Positions 1-14,113 are shown, numbered from the stretch's first letter. The stretch: DNA of 64,000 nt from Eledone cirrhosa (GCA_964016885.1 OZ024744.1:30194001-30258000); one strand, 5' to 3'. The notes: generated from the sequence alone by a model not told the origin. A program made the numbers and translations.

Positions 1-138
1 AGCAACCTGTGCCCTACAAGACCAGCAAGAGGCAGACCACCTACCATTACCTCAATGGCCAAGAAAACCCACACAGATAGATGAAACGGGTGGACCAGAG
101 CCATACGGACACCCGAAAACCACGATGAACTGAAGAAA

Positions 139-1482
139 ATGATTGCACATGCGGTAGGGGCCAGCATAAAACTAACCCTTAAGGAACATATGTTCAAATT
201 TAATGGAAAAACATATGCCCAAGAGGAAGGAGCAGCCATTGGTGTTAGCATTGCAGGCGACATAGCTAACTTATTCATGGTATGGTGGGACAGTAGACTT
301 AAACTTAAAGAACAATTAGAAGACCCCTTAACCCTGATAATGTACTCCCGCTACGTTGATGATATAAACATCGTAGTTAAGACACCCCCACTAGAGAACA
401 GTCAGGAACTAGAGAAAAACACAATGGAAAGCATCCAGCAAATAGCTAACTCCATCCACCAGAGCATTAGAGTTACTATAGACTACCCAAGTAAACACCC
501 CAACCATCGATTACCTGTACTAGACACAGAGCTCTGGTTAGATACCATTAATAACAAAAAACAAATCCTCCATTCCCATTATGCCAAACCTATGACTTCC
601 AAACATCTGATCCACCGAAACTCGGCCGTTTCGGACCATACCAAAATCAACATACTGATTTCGGATTTGGTACGGGTGATGAGAAACGTGTCCCGCATGT
701 GCAACCCCGAAGAACTAGATAGACACATACAACACTTCATCCACCGTATGCAGTTCTCTGGCTACAATCAGAGAGATAAAATCAGAGTGTATAGAGGAGC
801 CAGAACCAAATGGGAAAAAATGGTAAATAATGACATAAATGGGACCTGCCCCTTGTATAGGAGCAAATTTTGGAATAGAATAGAAATAACTAGGAACAAG
901 GCTAATAGAATAAACTCATGGTATGATAGCAATAAATACCAGAGTGTAATGTTCATCGATACAACCCCTAGAGGTGAATTAGCTTACAAATTTAGAAGGG
1001 CCCTAAATAAACATAAACTCAATATTAAGATAGTAGAAAGACCAGGTACCTCCGTAAAAACACTTATTAGCAAGACATACCCTTTTCAAAGACCCTCATG
1101 TATAGATAAGAAATGTATAACCTGTAAAATAAGCCCCCATATTAACTGTAAAACTAGAAATGTAGTGTATAGCATAAGATGTACTGAAGGACAATGTAGA
1201 GACAAAAATATAGTGTACATAGGTGAGACAGCTCGTAGTGTAGGGGAACGGATAAATGAACACTGGCGAGACCTTCAAGATAATAAAGAATCATCTGTAC
1301 TCTACCAACATGCTAAAATAGAACACAAGGGTAAATTAGAGAACATAGAAATAAAAATAGAATCTACACACAGAAAAGACGCAATGTTTAGACAAATCAA
1401 AGAGGCAATAAACATAAAAGAATTACAACCAAAATTAAATAGAAAATATGAGTGGAAAAGCAACATCACAACTTACAATTGA
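139..1482 (+). CDS. Penelope-like element ORF, C-terminal part: RT (palm/thumb) plus GIY-YIG endonuclease, Nematis-like
   Basis: RT motifs QEEGAAIG..AGDIANLFM, YSRYVDD and LPVLD; Cys-rich linker (C..C..C..C); GIY-YIG as VVYSIRC..YIGETARS..R..EH with terminal LN. In-frame TGA at 82-84, so this copy is probably damaged and runs off the window edge. Clade assignment is from remembered motifs. Confidence 0.9.
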   Translation: MIAHAVGASIKLTLKEHMFKFNGKTYAQEEGAAIGVSIAGDIANLFMVWWDSRLKLKEQLEDPLTLIMYSRYVDDINIVVKTPPLENSQELEKNTMESIQQIANSIHQSIRVTIDYPSKHPNHRLPVLDTELWLDTINNKKQILHSHYAKPMTSKHLIHRNSAVSDHTKINILISDLVRVMRNVSRMCNPEELDRHIQHFIHRMQFSGYNQRDKIRVYRGARTKWEKMVNNDINGTCPLYRSKFWNRIEITRNKANRINSWYDSNKYQSVMFIDTTPRGELAYKFRRALNKHKLNIKIVERPGTSVKTLISKTYPFQRPSCIDKKCITCKISPHINCKTRNVVYSIRCTEGQCRDKNIVYIGETARSVGERINEHWRDLQDNKESSVLYQHAKIEHKGKLENIEIKIESTHRKDAMFRQIKEAINIKELQPKLNRKYEWKSNITTYN

Positions 1483-1720
1483 ACAAAATGAAATCACAGG
1501 ACAAAATGAATCACAGGACAAAATGAAATCACACACACACATAGAACAAACAACCAACCAGTAACATGTAAATAAATAAACAAATAAATAAATGAACATA
1601 AACACACACAGACACCCGGAGGTGGCGCATGCGCAGACTGAGCACACAACACACACACAGAAACAAAATGGCGTAGGACAGAACAAAGGAGAGGCACAGA
1701 AACAAAGAAAGGAATCCCCA

Positions 1721-1763
1721 GTCACTGAAGAAGTCACAGAGTGTGTGACGAAAGAACTATGAC
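1721..1763 (+). ncRNA. Minimal type I hammerhead ribozyme
   Basis: GTCA-CTGAAGA-A-GTCACA(GAGTG)TGTGAC-GAAA-GAAC-TA-TGAC: stem I GTCA/TGAC, stem II 6 bp, CUA cleavage triplet. Confidence 0.8.
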
Positions 1764-1974
1764 AATATATAAACAACTATCTGGTTGTGGAACCAACCAA
1801 CCAACCAGAAATTTATAAACTTATAAATGTATTATAAATTTATTTTAATAAATTGAAGTGAAAGCAACTGGTACGTGTGTTTCTTATTGGCAACATGACC
1901 CTCCCAAAGTATAACAATATCGGTTTCAACACACGATTTCAGATAAAGAATCTTGCTAAACAAATTCAGAAACG

Positions 1975-2191
<217 letters not shown>

Positions 2192-2446
2192 GAGAGAGAG
2201 AGAATTAGTACATTTACCAACATATGTGAACAGATGTACACCTATGCTAGCAAATATATATGTTATGTCTTAGTACCTTTGTGGTTCTATGCAGGGGGAT
2301 GCAGAACAATTATATTAAAGACGTAAGGAATTCTCTATAGTTATATTATGTAACTATATTTATCCCTTACAGAAAATAATTAGTTGGAGTGAAAATTTTA
2401 GTAAGTAAGTTGATTTTTAATTTTTAAAATGTTCTTATTTTACGTC

Positions 2447-2580
<134 letters not shown>

Positions 2581-2624
2581 ATATATACATATATATATAT
2601 ATGCATATATATATATATTCACAT

Positions 2625-2656
<32 letters not shown>

Positions 2657-2713
2657 ATATATATATATATATACATATATATACATATATATATATATAT
2701 GTATATATATATG

Positions 2714-2766
<53 letters not shown>

Positions 2767-2798
2767 TTATATATATACACACATATATATATACATAT

Positions 2799-3305
2799 AA
2801 GAGGGTGTTAAAGTTTGCTTGAAGCATTGTGAAATGTGTAAGATACGTAGTTTAGAAAGCCACAACAATGCAGAGGGAAATCTCGAGGTAGGAAGTGAAT
2901 GATAGATAAGAGAAATAGGAGAAAGTGAAAATAGAGAGAGACAAAGATGAAAACAAAACAAAGGTAGAAGGGTTAATCCCAATATTTCGGGCTCACGCCC
3001 ATCAACGGGGGAAAGTTCCAAAGGGGGGAACAGGCTAAGCGGAGAAAGTTGTGATGTCGTTAAAACAGGAACGACATCACAACTTTCTCCGCTTAGCCTG
3101 TTCCCCCCTTCGGAACTTTCCCCCGTTGATGGGCGTAAGCCCGAAATATTGGGATTAAATCTCCACTACGGTAACCCTTCTACCTTTGTTTTGTTTTCAT
3201 CTTTGTCTCTCTCTATTTTCACTTTCTCCTATTTCTCTTATCTATCATTCACTTCCTACCTCGAGATTTCCCTCTGCATTGTTGTGGCTTTCTAAACTAC
3301 GTATC
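2799..3305. mobile_element. Fold-back PLE 3' fragment with a degenerate hammerhead in each arm
   Basis: Arms ~2842-3060 and ~3071-3305 are reverse complements; the extra 2799-2841 is on the left arm only. TCCC-CCGTTGA-T-GGGC(GTAA)GCCC-GAAA-TATT-GGGA at 3119-3154 (+) and 2977-3012 (-); the core differs from CTGATGA at two positions. Confidence 0.75.
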
Positions 3306-3398
3306 ATATATACATATATATACATATATTTATATATACACATATATATATATATACATATATATATACATATATATATATACATATATATATATACG

Positions 3399-3446
<48 letters not shown>

Positions 3447-3571
3447 CATATATATATACATATATATATACATATATATATATATACACACATATATATA
3501 TATATATATACACATATATATATATACATATATATATATACATATATATATATACATATACATATATATAC

Positions 3572-3602
<31 letters not shown>

Positions 3603-3647
3603 CATATATACATAAATATATACATATATATATATACATAGACATAC

Positions 3648-3690
<43 letters not shown>

Positions 3691-3755
3691 GACATACATA
3701 TATATACATATATATATATATATACATATATATTTACATATATATATACATATAC

Positions 3756-3804
<49 letters not shown>

Positions 3805-3819
3805 CATATATATATATAC

Positions 3820-3886
<67 letters not shown>

Positions 3887-3951
3887 TATATATATGCATA
3901 TATATATACACACACACATATATATATATATACATATATATATATACATAC

Positions 3952-3982
<31 letters not shown>

Positions 3983-4002
3983 CATATATACATATATATA
4001 TA

Positions 4003-4289
4003 TAGTTATACTTGGGGAGGGTCATATTTGTGTAATATTGCCAGAATTAATAACAGAACACACTCACTGTTTGGTTGGTTTTCGCTTCTCGCTGTCTTTT
4101 ATATCTGCGATCTAACTTAATCGGTCCTCAATGTTGCCAGTGACTGACCGACGGTCAAAAACAATACAGATACAATATAGACACAAACACATATATATAG
4201 TTTACATAATTTACATAAATCTTTCGCTGCACATCTACAACATCGTCAGTGGTGTTATATTTTTTCCTCCTGTTGTGTTGTATGTCTAC

Positions 4290-4323
<34 letters not shown>

Positions 4324-4525
4324 CAGTCAATGGCAACATTAAGGACCGAGTAAGTTAGATCGCAGATATAAAAGACAGCGAGAATCGAAAACCAACCAAA
4401 CAGTGAGTGTGTTCTGTTATTAATTCTGGCAATATTACACAAATATGACCCTCCCCAAGTATAACAATATTTGTTTCGACACACGATTTCATATAAAAAA
4501 CCTCGCTAAACTAATTCATCGCCGC
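4003..4525. mobile_element. Fold-back PLE 3' fragment related to the end of the element at 1-1977
   Basis: 4003-4147 is the reverse complement of ~4322-4465; tail 4466-4525 on the right arm only, resembling 1916-1976; (TA)n on both sides. Confidence 0.75.
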
Positions 4526-4612
4526 TATATATATATACATATATATATATAAATATACATATATATATATACGATATTAAACAAATGGAAACTATATTTA
4601 TAAAACCATATT

Positions 4613-4678
4613 TATTTCGTTATATATATTTCTGGGATATCATATTAAAAATATGGTATGCCTTCCTCAGACAAAATA
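4613..4678 (-). ncRNA. Type I hammerhead ribozyme (left-arm copy)
   Basis: Reverse-complement copy of 9201-9266. Confidence 0.75.
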
Positions 4679-5879
4679 CAATACATAAGCTGTTTTATAA
4701 ATAATTTTTGACATACCTTATAATAATGCAACTTCCATTTAAAAAGTTGATTTGGTAGTGAAACTGTTATGACAGTTATATAGAAAGAAAAACGAAGATG
4801 AAAAGAAGAAGATGAAGAGATGTATGTAAAGAAAAAACAACAGAGCGAGATAGAGAGAGAAGGAGATATGGGAGAGAGAAATACATTGAGGAAGGGAAAA
4901 AATATAGTAGGCAGCTTTTGGACAGATGATCATCGTATATGTGAGAGGTTAAGGAGGGAAGGGATACAGTTAAACTAGCCGACACATAAATCACGTCCAG
5001 TGTAGAGGAGAAAAAGAAAGAAAAAGAAAAAATATATTATGTCTCATCCAATTGAATTATCAATTTTTATGAATTAGGTATTATAATGTAAATATCAGTA
5101 TTCATGAATGAGACACATATCCATAATGTGTGAAAAAATGACCCCATGCTTAGTTTTAAAATTCTTAGGTCTATAAGCAAAATCTGAGATAAAACTTCAA
5201 ACATAAGTATATATGCATTCTCATGAAAAAAGAAAAAAGAGAAAAGAGAAGGTTATCTCAAATTCAAGTTGATAAATATAGACACACATGTGAACCTACG
5301 TGATATGCTCCACAGATTCTTATATTTCATGAAAATCTTCATTGCGTTACAAAAGATTCCACCCTACACATATTTACATACATATATACATATATATAGA
5401 CATAAAATATATAAGATATACATTTACATTTAAAGTAACATTCCTGCCTCACTTGCATGATTATCGATCAAGCATAGAATAGACAACAGATATCAATATT
5501 AAAAATTAAAAACGCCAAGAATATCTTCGTCACTCCACAGAGTATCTAGGGACGCAAGAGAACATAGTATGCCACGCATATCAGTCACATAAAATCAGAA
5601 TCAAAAGCAAACAAAACCGAAATTGTTCACCAAGCCTTATTTAGCAGAAATCATTCAAAACTTATTCTACAAATGCTCTTATATTTATTATAGAAGTTTA
5701 TCCAGCTTAAAAATGTATTCAAAAGATTGGGAACATCGCCAATTTTAGGGTAGTTTATTTAATCTCATTAATTATATATTCATGCAGAAAGGTTTTAAAA
5801 AAAATTTAAGGAATCGAAAGATTTATCGCCAAGTTTCATAAATAGTTAAATATCTTAAGTAAATATACTACATTTTATA

Positions 5880-6794
5880 CTACATTTTAGATTTATATTT
5901 ATATTTAAAAGTTGAGTTCAATCTATGTCTGCAGCAGCTGAATAAATTGGTTCGTAAATTAAGGGAATTTTTAGATTTTAGTATAAAGAATATCTCCTCC
6001 GCGCAGAGGTCACATGTCTCAGAAGAGGAATTAAAAGGAATCCCTTTTGAGACTATATTCCAAACCATCGAATATCCAACTTTATCATGTTTAAGTTGCC
6101 AGAGTAAGCCTGACAGCGATGTTAAAGATTTTTTATTTGGATCCGTGAAAGAATTTTTGTGATTATTATAGCGAAGTTTAAATTCTGTCGAGGTGGAACC
6201 AACATAATTAAAAGAATTTAAATCAGTTTTAACATTACAGTTGTATATTATATTTTTAACTAAGCAATTGTTATTTAGCGGACATTTAGATCTATCTCTA
6301 CAGTTACAGTTTTTTACTTGAATATTGTTTAGGCTATTTTCGGTATTTTGGCTAGGTTTTAGATTCCTATTATTTATTCTATTAATATTTTGTGCTAAAT
6401 TTTTGGTGGACGAGTACGTTAATTTTATAGTATGTCTATTGAAAATTGAGTGATACTTATGTGTTCTAGGGAAGCGTTTGTCAAGAGCATTAAAAAATAG
6501 TTTAGCGATGTGGGTTTTAATGTTTAGTGAGAAAGGGGGGGCAAACCATATTATATTTCTAGTTCTATTTCTTTTCTGGTTTTTGGAATTATTGTAGTGC
6601 TTTCTATTATAGTTGTTAAAGTTGTTACTGTAATTAAAATTGTTGTTATTTTGGTTAGTTTGTTTATTATCGATGTACATAATTTTATCACTATATCCTG
6701 CTCTAGCTAACGTTTCATTATAATACTGGGCTTTTTTGTCAAAGATATTTTTATTGGAAGAGATTCTAGAGATACGTTTTTGAACAGAGTTCAC
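5880..6794 (-). pseudogene. PLE RT-thumb/linker plus GIY-YIG endonuclease fragment (left arm)
   Basis: IIWFAPPFS, CNC..CPL..CL..IIY..YVGST..FK.RY.NH..SF, W.I..C.LC..E..LN..CRHR. Confidence 0.88.
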
Positions 6795-7947
6795 TATAGT
6801 ATTATTGAAAATAATAACTCTGAACTAAATAAGAAAAGAAAACAAATTATACAATTTTTTAATTACCTTAATCTAAAAATAGAAATTGAGAATAACCATA
6901 GAATAGTCAATTTCCTAGATGTAACATTAAATCTCAACACATGTCTTCACTATCCATTTCACAAGTTAAATGAAAACTTGAATTATGTCAATTTTAGCTC
7001 CAATCACCCCAGATCTGTCAAAAATACTATAGTGAACTCTGTTCAAAAACGTATCTCTAGAATCTCTTCCAATAAAAATATTTTTGACAAAAAAGCCCAG
7101 TATTATAATGAAGCGTTAGCTAGAGCAGGATATAGTGATAAAATTATGTACATCGAAAATAGACAAACTAACCAAAATAACAACAATTTTAATTACAGTA
7201 ACAACTTTAACAACTATAATAGAAAGCACTACAATAATTCCAAAAACCAGAAAAGAAATAGAACTAGAAATATAATATGGTTTGCCCCCCCCTTTCTCAC
7301 TAAACATTAAAACCCACATCGCTAAACTATTTTTTAATGCTCTTGACAAACGCTTCCCTAGAACACATAAGTATCACTCAATTTTCAATAGACATACTAT
7401 AAAATTAACGTACTCGTCCACCAAAAATTTAGCACAAAATATTAATAGAATAAATAATAGGAATCTAAAACCTAGCCAAAATACCGAAAATAGCCTAAAC
7501 AATATTCAAGTAAAAAACTGTAACTGTAGAGATAGATCTAAATGTCCGCTAAATAACAATTGCTTAGTTAAAAATATAATATACAACTGTAATGTTAAAA
7601 CTGATTTAAATTCTTTTAATTATGTTGGTTCCACCTCGACAGAATTTAAACTTCGCTATAATAATCACAAAAATTCTTTCACGGATCCAAATAAAAAATC
7701 TTCAACATCGCTGTCAGGCTTACTCTGGCAACTTAAACATGATAAAGTTGGATATTCGATGGTTTGGAATATAGTCTCAAAAGGGATTCCTTTTAATTCC
7801 TCTTCTGAGACATGTGACCTCTGCGCGGAGGAGATATTCTTTATACTAAAATCTAAAAATTCCCTTAATTTACGAACCAATTTATTCAGCTGCTGCAGAC
7901 ATAGATTGAACTCAACTTTTAAATATAAATATAAATCTAAAATGTAG
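6780..7947 (+). pseudogene. PLE RT C-terminus plus GIY-YIG fragment (right arm), frameshifted in a C-run near 7285-7292
   Basis: ORFs 6780-7310 (VNFLDVTLNL, YVNFSSNHP) and 7282-7947 join at WFAPPF; the C-run is one base longer than in the left arm. Confidence 0.88.
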
Positions 7948-9200
7948 TATAAAATGTAGTATATTTACTTAAGATATTTAACTATTTATGAAACTTGGCG
8001 ATAAATCTTTCGATTCCTTAAATTTTTTTTAAAACCTTTCTGCATGAATATATAATTAATGAGATTAAATAAACTACCCTAAAATTGGCGATGTTCCCAA
8101 TCTTTTGAATACATTTTTAAGCTGGATAAACTTCTATAATAAATATAAGAGCATTTGTAGAATAAGTTTTGAATGATTTCTGCTAAATAAGGCTTGGTGA
8201 ACAATTTCGGTTTTGTTTGCTTTTGATTCTGATTTTATGTGACTGATATGCGTGGCATACTATGTTCTCTTGCGTCCCTAGATACTCTGTGGAGTGACGA
8301 AGATATTCTTGGCGTTTTTAATTTTTAATATTGATATCTGTTGTCTATTCTATGCTTGATCGATAATCATGCAAGTGAGGCAGGAATGTTACTTTAAATG
8401 TAAATGTATATCTTATATATTTTATGTCTATATATATGTATATATGTATGTAAATATGTGTAGGGTGGAATCTTTTGTAACGCAATGAAGATTTTCATGA
8501 AATATAAGAATCTGTGGAGCATATCACGTAGGTTCACATGTGTGTCTATATTTATCAACTTGAATTTGAGATAACCTTCTCTTTTCTCTTTTTTCTTTTT
8601 TCATGAGAATGCATATATACCTATGTTTGAAGTTTTATCTCAGATTTTGCTTATAGAGCTAAGAATTTTAAAACTAAGCATGGGGTCATTTTTTCACACA
8701 TTATGGATATGTGTCTCATTCATGAATACTGATATTTACATTATAATACCTAATTCATAAAAATTGATAATTCAATTGGATGAGACATAATATATTTTTA
8801 ATATATTTTAAATATATCATCTTTCTTTCTTTTTCTCCTCTACACTGGACGTGATTTATGTGTCGGCTAGTTTAACTGTATCCCTTCCCTCCTTAACCTC
8901 TCACATATACGATGATCATCTGTCCAAAAGCTGCCTACTATATTTTTTCCCTTCCTCAATGTATTTCTCTCTCCCATATCTCCTTCTCTCTCTATCTCGC
9001 TCTGTTGTTTTTTCTTTACATACATCTCTTCATCTTCTTCTTTTTTTATTTACATACATCTCTTCATCTTCTTCTTTTCATCTTCGTTTTTCTTTCTATA
9101 TAACTGTCATAACAGTTTCACTACCAAATCAACTTTTTAAATGGAAGTTGCATTATTATAAGGTATGTCAAAAATTATTTATAAAACAGCTTATGTATTG

Positions 9201-9266
9201 TATTTTGTCTGAGGAAGGCATACCATATTTATAATATGATATCCCAGAAATATATATAACGAAATA
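9201..9266 (+). ncRNA. Type I hammerhead ribozyme
   Basis: TATTTTGT-CTGAGGA-(stem II GG..CATATT/AATATG..CC)-GAAA-TATATA-TA-ACGAAATA: 8-bp stem I, palindromic stem III loop, AUA triplet. Confidence 0.78.
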
Positions 9267-9423
9267 AATATGGTTTTATAAATATAGTTTCCATTTGTTT
9301 AATATCGTAAACCTACTCCAGAAACTGTTGAGTGCTTTTATATCAGTTATAAAATATTTACTCGTTGTAACCCAACAATTTTAAATAAAACTTTTACATA
9401 TATATATATATATATATACATAA

Positions 9424-9516
<93 letters not shown>

Positions 9517-9575
9517 TATATACATATATATATACATATACATATATATATATATACATACATATGTATACATAC

Positions 9576-9714
<139 letters not shown>

Positions 9715-9865
9715 CATACATATATATACATATACATATATACATATATATATATACGTATATATATATACATATACATATATATATACATATATATATA
9801 TACATATATATATATACGTATATATATATACATATACATATATATATATACATATATATATATAC

Positions 9866-9974
<109 letters not shown>

Positions 9975-10111
9975 TACATATGTATATATATACATATATA
10001 TACATATATATATATATACGTATATTTATATATACATATATATATATATATATACATATGGGAAAGTAAACATCGGAGAATAGACCGTTAAAACATGTTT
10101 ATTTAAAATAT

Positions 10112-10152
10112 CACCTACGTACGTTTCGCCCAGTTGGGCTTCTCAATGGCAT
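10112..10152 (-). ncRNA. Hammerhead ribozyme, U3:A8 core variant
   Basis: TGCCA-TTGAGAA-GCCC(AACT)GGGC-GAAA-CGTACG-TA-GGTG; palindromic stem III, GUA triplet; stem I imperfect. Confidence 0.65.
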
Positions 10153-10449
10153 AAATAATCACAAGTGTTCCTTATATAGTTCGGAAAGAGTTTTGGGGGT
10201 TAAATCTACATCAAGATTCATTGCTCGCAAAAATATCTTGTTTTGATTTTGCAGCAGGTCAAGGGAGGTAACTCTGGCCGGTGTTAGGGCAGTCTTTCCC
10301 GGATAATTTTTTTTTTTTTTTTTTTTTTTTGCCGCATCCGTTTTTCTGAGGCTGGGTCTGGTATGCAAGGATTGTTTTCTGGGTGTTATTTTGCTGCGCC
10401 TGCCCGCCGGGGTGTTAAGACTTGTTGCAGGGAGATCCAGTGTACTATT

Positions 10450-13179
10450 TCACTCTTCATTCTTAACCCATCTAAAGAAGGATATTTTTAAGCGATGTGT
10501 AAAACTTATCGCTGTTTCAGCTCTGCTGTTGATGAGCTCGTGGGGTGCAGTTATGATGTGGTAGAGCTCCATGAGGCAAAGATCGCATTTCCTCTTGAAG
10601 TTGTACGGTGCAGCCCGGCCGACAATCTCCCAGTGCGTGGAGAAGCTGATGTTTAAGTCCTTTAGTGATGTGATGTAGTCCGCGAGAGAAGTGGAGTGCC
10701 TTAGTTTTCTATTTGTGAAAGAGTGGAGATGTGTTCGAAACCTAATTTTGAACGGGCCGGAGGTGGCCCCTATATAATGTTTAACGCTATTGTGGCTAGT
10801 AATAGTGCATCTATATATAACCCTATCAGTCAAGCAGTATCCTCTAAGGGGGCAGCGTCCTCTGTCGCGGCAGTTGCAATTTCTGTGGCGGTTCCGTCTA
10901 TTTCCCACGGTAAGGCTATCATTGTTGCTGCTTACGTTGTTACCTACGCTACCGCAGCTGTCGTTAGCACCATTACAACCCACAGCACGCGGGATGGTGC
11001 GATTGTTATTCCGCACGTCATGTTCTGCATGTTCCCCAGTCACTTCGCGGTCATTCTGGTTGCGTCTGCGGATGCCGTTGCCAACACTATTGGATGCTGT
11101 CAGGGAGTTGTTAAGGCCGATATAGTTATTGTCAGGTGCAGGTGCGTCTGTGTCGAGGTGCTGTGTCTTGGTGATCTTACTGTGGTTCGTTGTTCCTATG
11201 ATGTCTGCTAGGTTAGGAGTAGTAGAGAAGGATATTTTTATATTGTTCCTATTAAGAATTTTTCTATACCTATGGTTGGGTGGGAAGTTCTTCTCTAAGG
11301 CTTCGAAGAATATCCGGGGTATGTTGGAGGCCACACTTCGAGAGTAGGGGGGTGGAACCATAGGACGTTACGGTGGCGATTACGTGTCCTTGTACTTTTG
11401 CTACGGGTGGTTCCATCTAAGTGACCGCTCTTATGTGTGTTAATGCGCTGTCGCCCGTTCGGTGCCCCTTTCATTTTATGCTCGGGTGCACTCTTTCTAC
11501 CTCTTCCATGTTTATGTACACGAAGATGTTGGTTGGAAGGCGTTGGTAGTAGGCCGTCGCCTTTGTTGGTTTTGTAATAGGGGAATAGTTTGAGTAATCT
11601 ACAGTATTCACCGTCGCCGGGGACGTGATCTTTGGTGCAGTTATCTATTCTATTATATCCGACTTTAACGAGGTCGCCGCGTGATCGGTTATAGGTATGG
11701 CTTACTATAACGTTAGTTTTATGAGGGGGGTGGTTTCTAGAGCTAGCGTTAGGGATGTAGGAAATTCCTCGGTTAAAGCCGGTGCTTATCAGGGCCCTAT
11801 TGTAGTAATCAGCCGCTTGGTTGAAGATATCCTCATTGGCGGATAGCCTCGAGATTCTATGTGAGATGCTATAGACTATGGAGTTGAGAGTCTGCTTAGG
11901 GTGGTTGGAGGCATAATTAATATAAGAGAGGCACTCTCCAGGCTTATGGTATGGCTTGTATAATCCCGTACTCAACTCCAGGGTCACGTCCAGGAAGTTG
12001 ACAACCCTGTGGTTGAGGTCCATAGTTACGGATAGGCCGTATGACTTAAAGAACCTGTGTATATGTTTGTTAAGGTTCTCTATCCTACGGGGGCTATGGT
12101 TCCTAACGGTAAACAGGGCGTCGTCCCTATATACACCTCCTTGTAGGGCCGGTATTTCTTCCCTAAGCTTATGTAGGAGGTATATCCCAACCAGGTCAGT
12201 TGCTTGCGCTGAGTCACTGGACCCCATCGTGACATCGAAGTTATCAGGACGGTTGGTTCTGGTCCAGTGGGAGCCTTCGAACTGGATAATGGTTCTACGT
12301 GACGCTAGAATTATCTCTATTTCTTTTTTAGTGAGGCTAGTGTTAGATCTAGCTAAGATAAGTGCCTTATTTAAGAGTATGGGGGAGATAGAGGCGTAGT
12401 AGCTATCTATATCAAACTGGATGAATTTCAGTGTGGCTTTATCCGGCAACTCGGTGAACCAATTTATGACCTGGTCGGTGTTGCCCCAGAGGCAGACCTT
12501 AGCCTTTCTATTAAGCTCGAGTAGTACTTTGTCGAGGATCACTTTACTAATCTTACCTATATCTGATGTAGAGGGGCATATTAGTCTAATAGAGGGGCTT
12601 TCATTAAAGTCATATTTGTGATCCTTAAGAGAGAATTTAGGCGTCAGAGGGACGTACGGGTTAGTGTACTTTTCTATTTCTAAGCTGGTGACTATATCCT
12701 TCCCTACTCTATTTATGTCATTTAGGGTACTAGAGGGTGTCTTTTGTGGTCTTTGTGTAGTTCCTTATAGATGAATTTTTATACTCACTCGCGTCCATCT
12801 TGTACAGCGTTTTGGTTTTGTCGGAGGTGACGAAGAGGTGCGGGTCATTCTTGATCTTAGTTATTAGTGTATCAAGGGACGTTAAGAATGGATTGTTGCA
12901 TTGGTGTTTCTTTCTGAGCTTAACGTTTTTGATCATTTTCAGCAGGTCCTCTTCAAATAAGTCCAGTAAGGTGTTGTGCGGTGGGTTTCGGTATGTATTG
13001 AAACCACACTTCTCTTTGGGTTCAGGAAGGTTACGGGTGTTCTTATCCAGGTGGTATGCCTTCCATCTGACTCTCCGTATAAACGAATTAGTAGCGTCTA
13101 TAAGCAGTTTAAGGTAGGTTTTTCTGCTGGGTAAGGGGATACACTTGAGAGACATGGGTAACGGTTGGTTCTCCAACAT
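10450..13179 (-). pseudogene. PLE RT plus C-terminal GIY-YIG endonuclease (~910 codons), two frameshifts
   Basis: N-terminal SLKCIPLP..RRVRWKA, SDKT..LY; RT FIQFDIDSYYASI, FDVTMGS, YRDD, VNFLDV, SNHP; EN CNC..CPL..CL..VIY..YIGAT..FK.R..H..SF..C.LC..E. Breaks lie at short homopolymer runs near 12775 and 11350. Confidence 0.9.
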
Positions 13180-13390
13180 AATGGCAAATAAGGTGAGATG
13201 CTCTCTGCTAACTCTCTAGCCCACTAAATATTAACACTTCGAATATTTAATACTGCCGGCACTAGTATCGAGCACCTTTGGCATACGCTACTTGGCAAAT
13301 AACTATATGTATCACCTATCCTCCTTTTTCTCTCTTTTTCGATACGTAAATACTATATATATATATACATATATATACATATATATATAT

Positions 13391-13556
13391 TGGAATAAAT
13401 GCTCTGAAATAGCGATATATATGTGAATATAGACATAGAATATTCGAAAATATAATTGTAATACGTGACGTATTCTATTCTATAGCGATTAGGTCTTCAA
13501 AATGTTTATTATAAACATACAGAATATTTTCGAATATTCTATGTCTATATTCACAT
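13391..13556. mobile_element. Tiny fold-back insertion in (TA)n
   Basis: GTGAATATAGACATAGAATATTCGAAAATAT (~13423) and its reverse complement (~13524-13554); short extra tail on the left. Confidence 0.55.
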
Positions 13557-13709
13557 ATATATATATATATATATACGTATATATATATATATACATATAT
13601 ATATACATATATATACATATATATACATATATATATATATGTATATACTTATATATATATACATACTTATATATATATACATATATATATACATATATAT
13701 ATACACACA

Positions 13710-13777
<68 letters not shown>

Positions 13778-13842
13778 CATATATATATATACATACATAT
13801 ATATATACACATACATATATATAAATATATATATATATACAC

Positions 13843-13889
<47 letters not shown>

Positions 13890-13970
13890 CATATATATAT
13901 ATACATACATATATATATACACATGCATATATACACATACATATATATACATATATATATATATACATAC

Positions 13971-14005
<35 letters not shown>

Positions 14006-14034
14006 CATATATATATACACATACATATATATAC

Positions 14035-14073
<39 letters not shown>

Positions 14074-14113
14074 CGATATTAACAAATGGAAACTATATTT
14101 ATAAAACCATATT

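Larger units (their letters stand above)
4571..9397. mobile_element. 4.8-kb palindromic insertion of a 5'-truncated Hydra-clade-like PLE (two divergently oriented copies)
   Basis: 4571-~6803 (-) mirrors ~7022-9308 (+), with an unpaired spacer ~6804-7021 that belongs to the + copy; tail 9309-9397 on the + arm only; (TA)n flanks. Confidence 0.92.
10059..13345 (-). mobile_element. Near full-length Hydra-clade-like Penelope-like retroelement in (TA)n
   Basis: 5' leader, ORF 13179-10450 in three pieces, 3' UTR with an HHR variant, (TA)n on both sides; more GC-rich than its neighbours. Confidence 0.92.

Noticed and set aside
10723-12621. Antisense ORFs over the PLE, and similar ones over the CR1 and Tx1 elements
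   Set aside because: Shadow frames of coding sequence with no recognisable motifs.
13310-13320. TAGGTGATA in the 5' leader matching the HHR cleavage site at the element's 3' end
   Set aside because: Only 9 nt and the similarity does not extend, so a 5' pLTR cannot be claimed.
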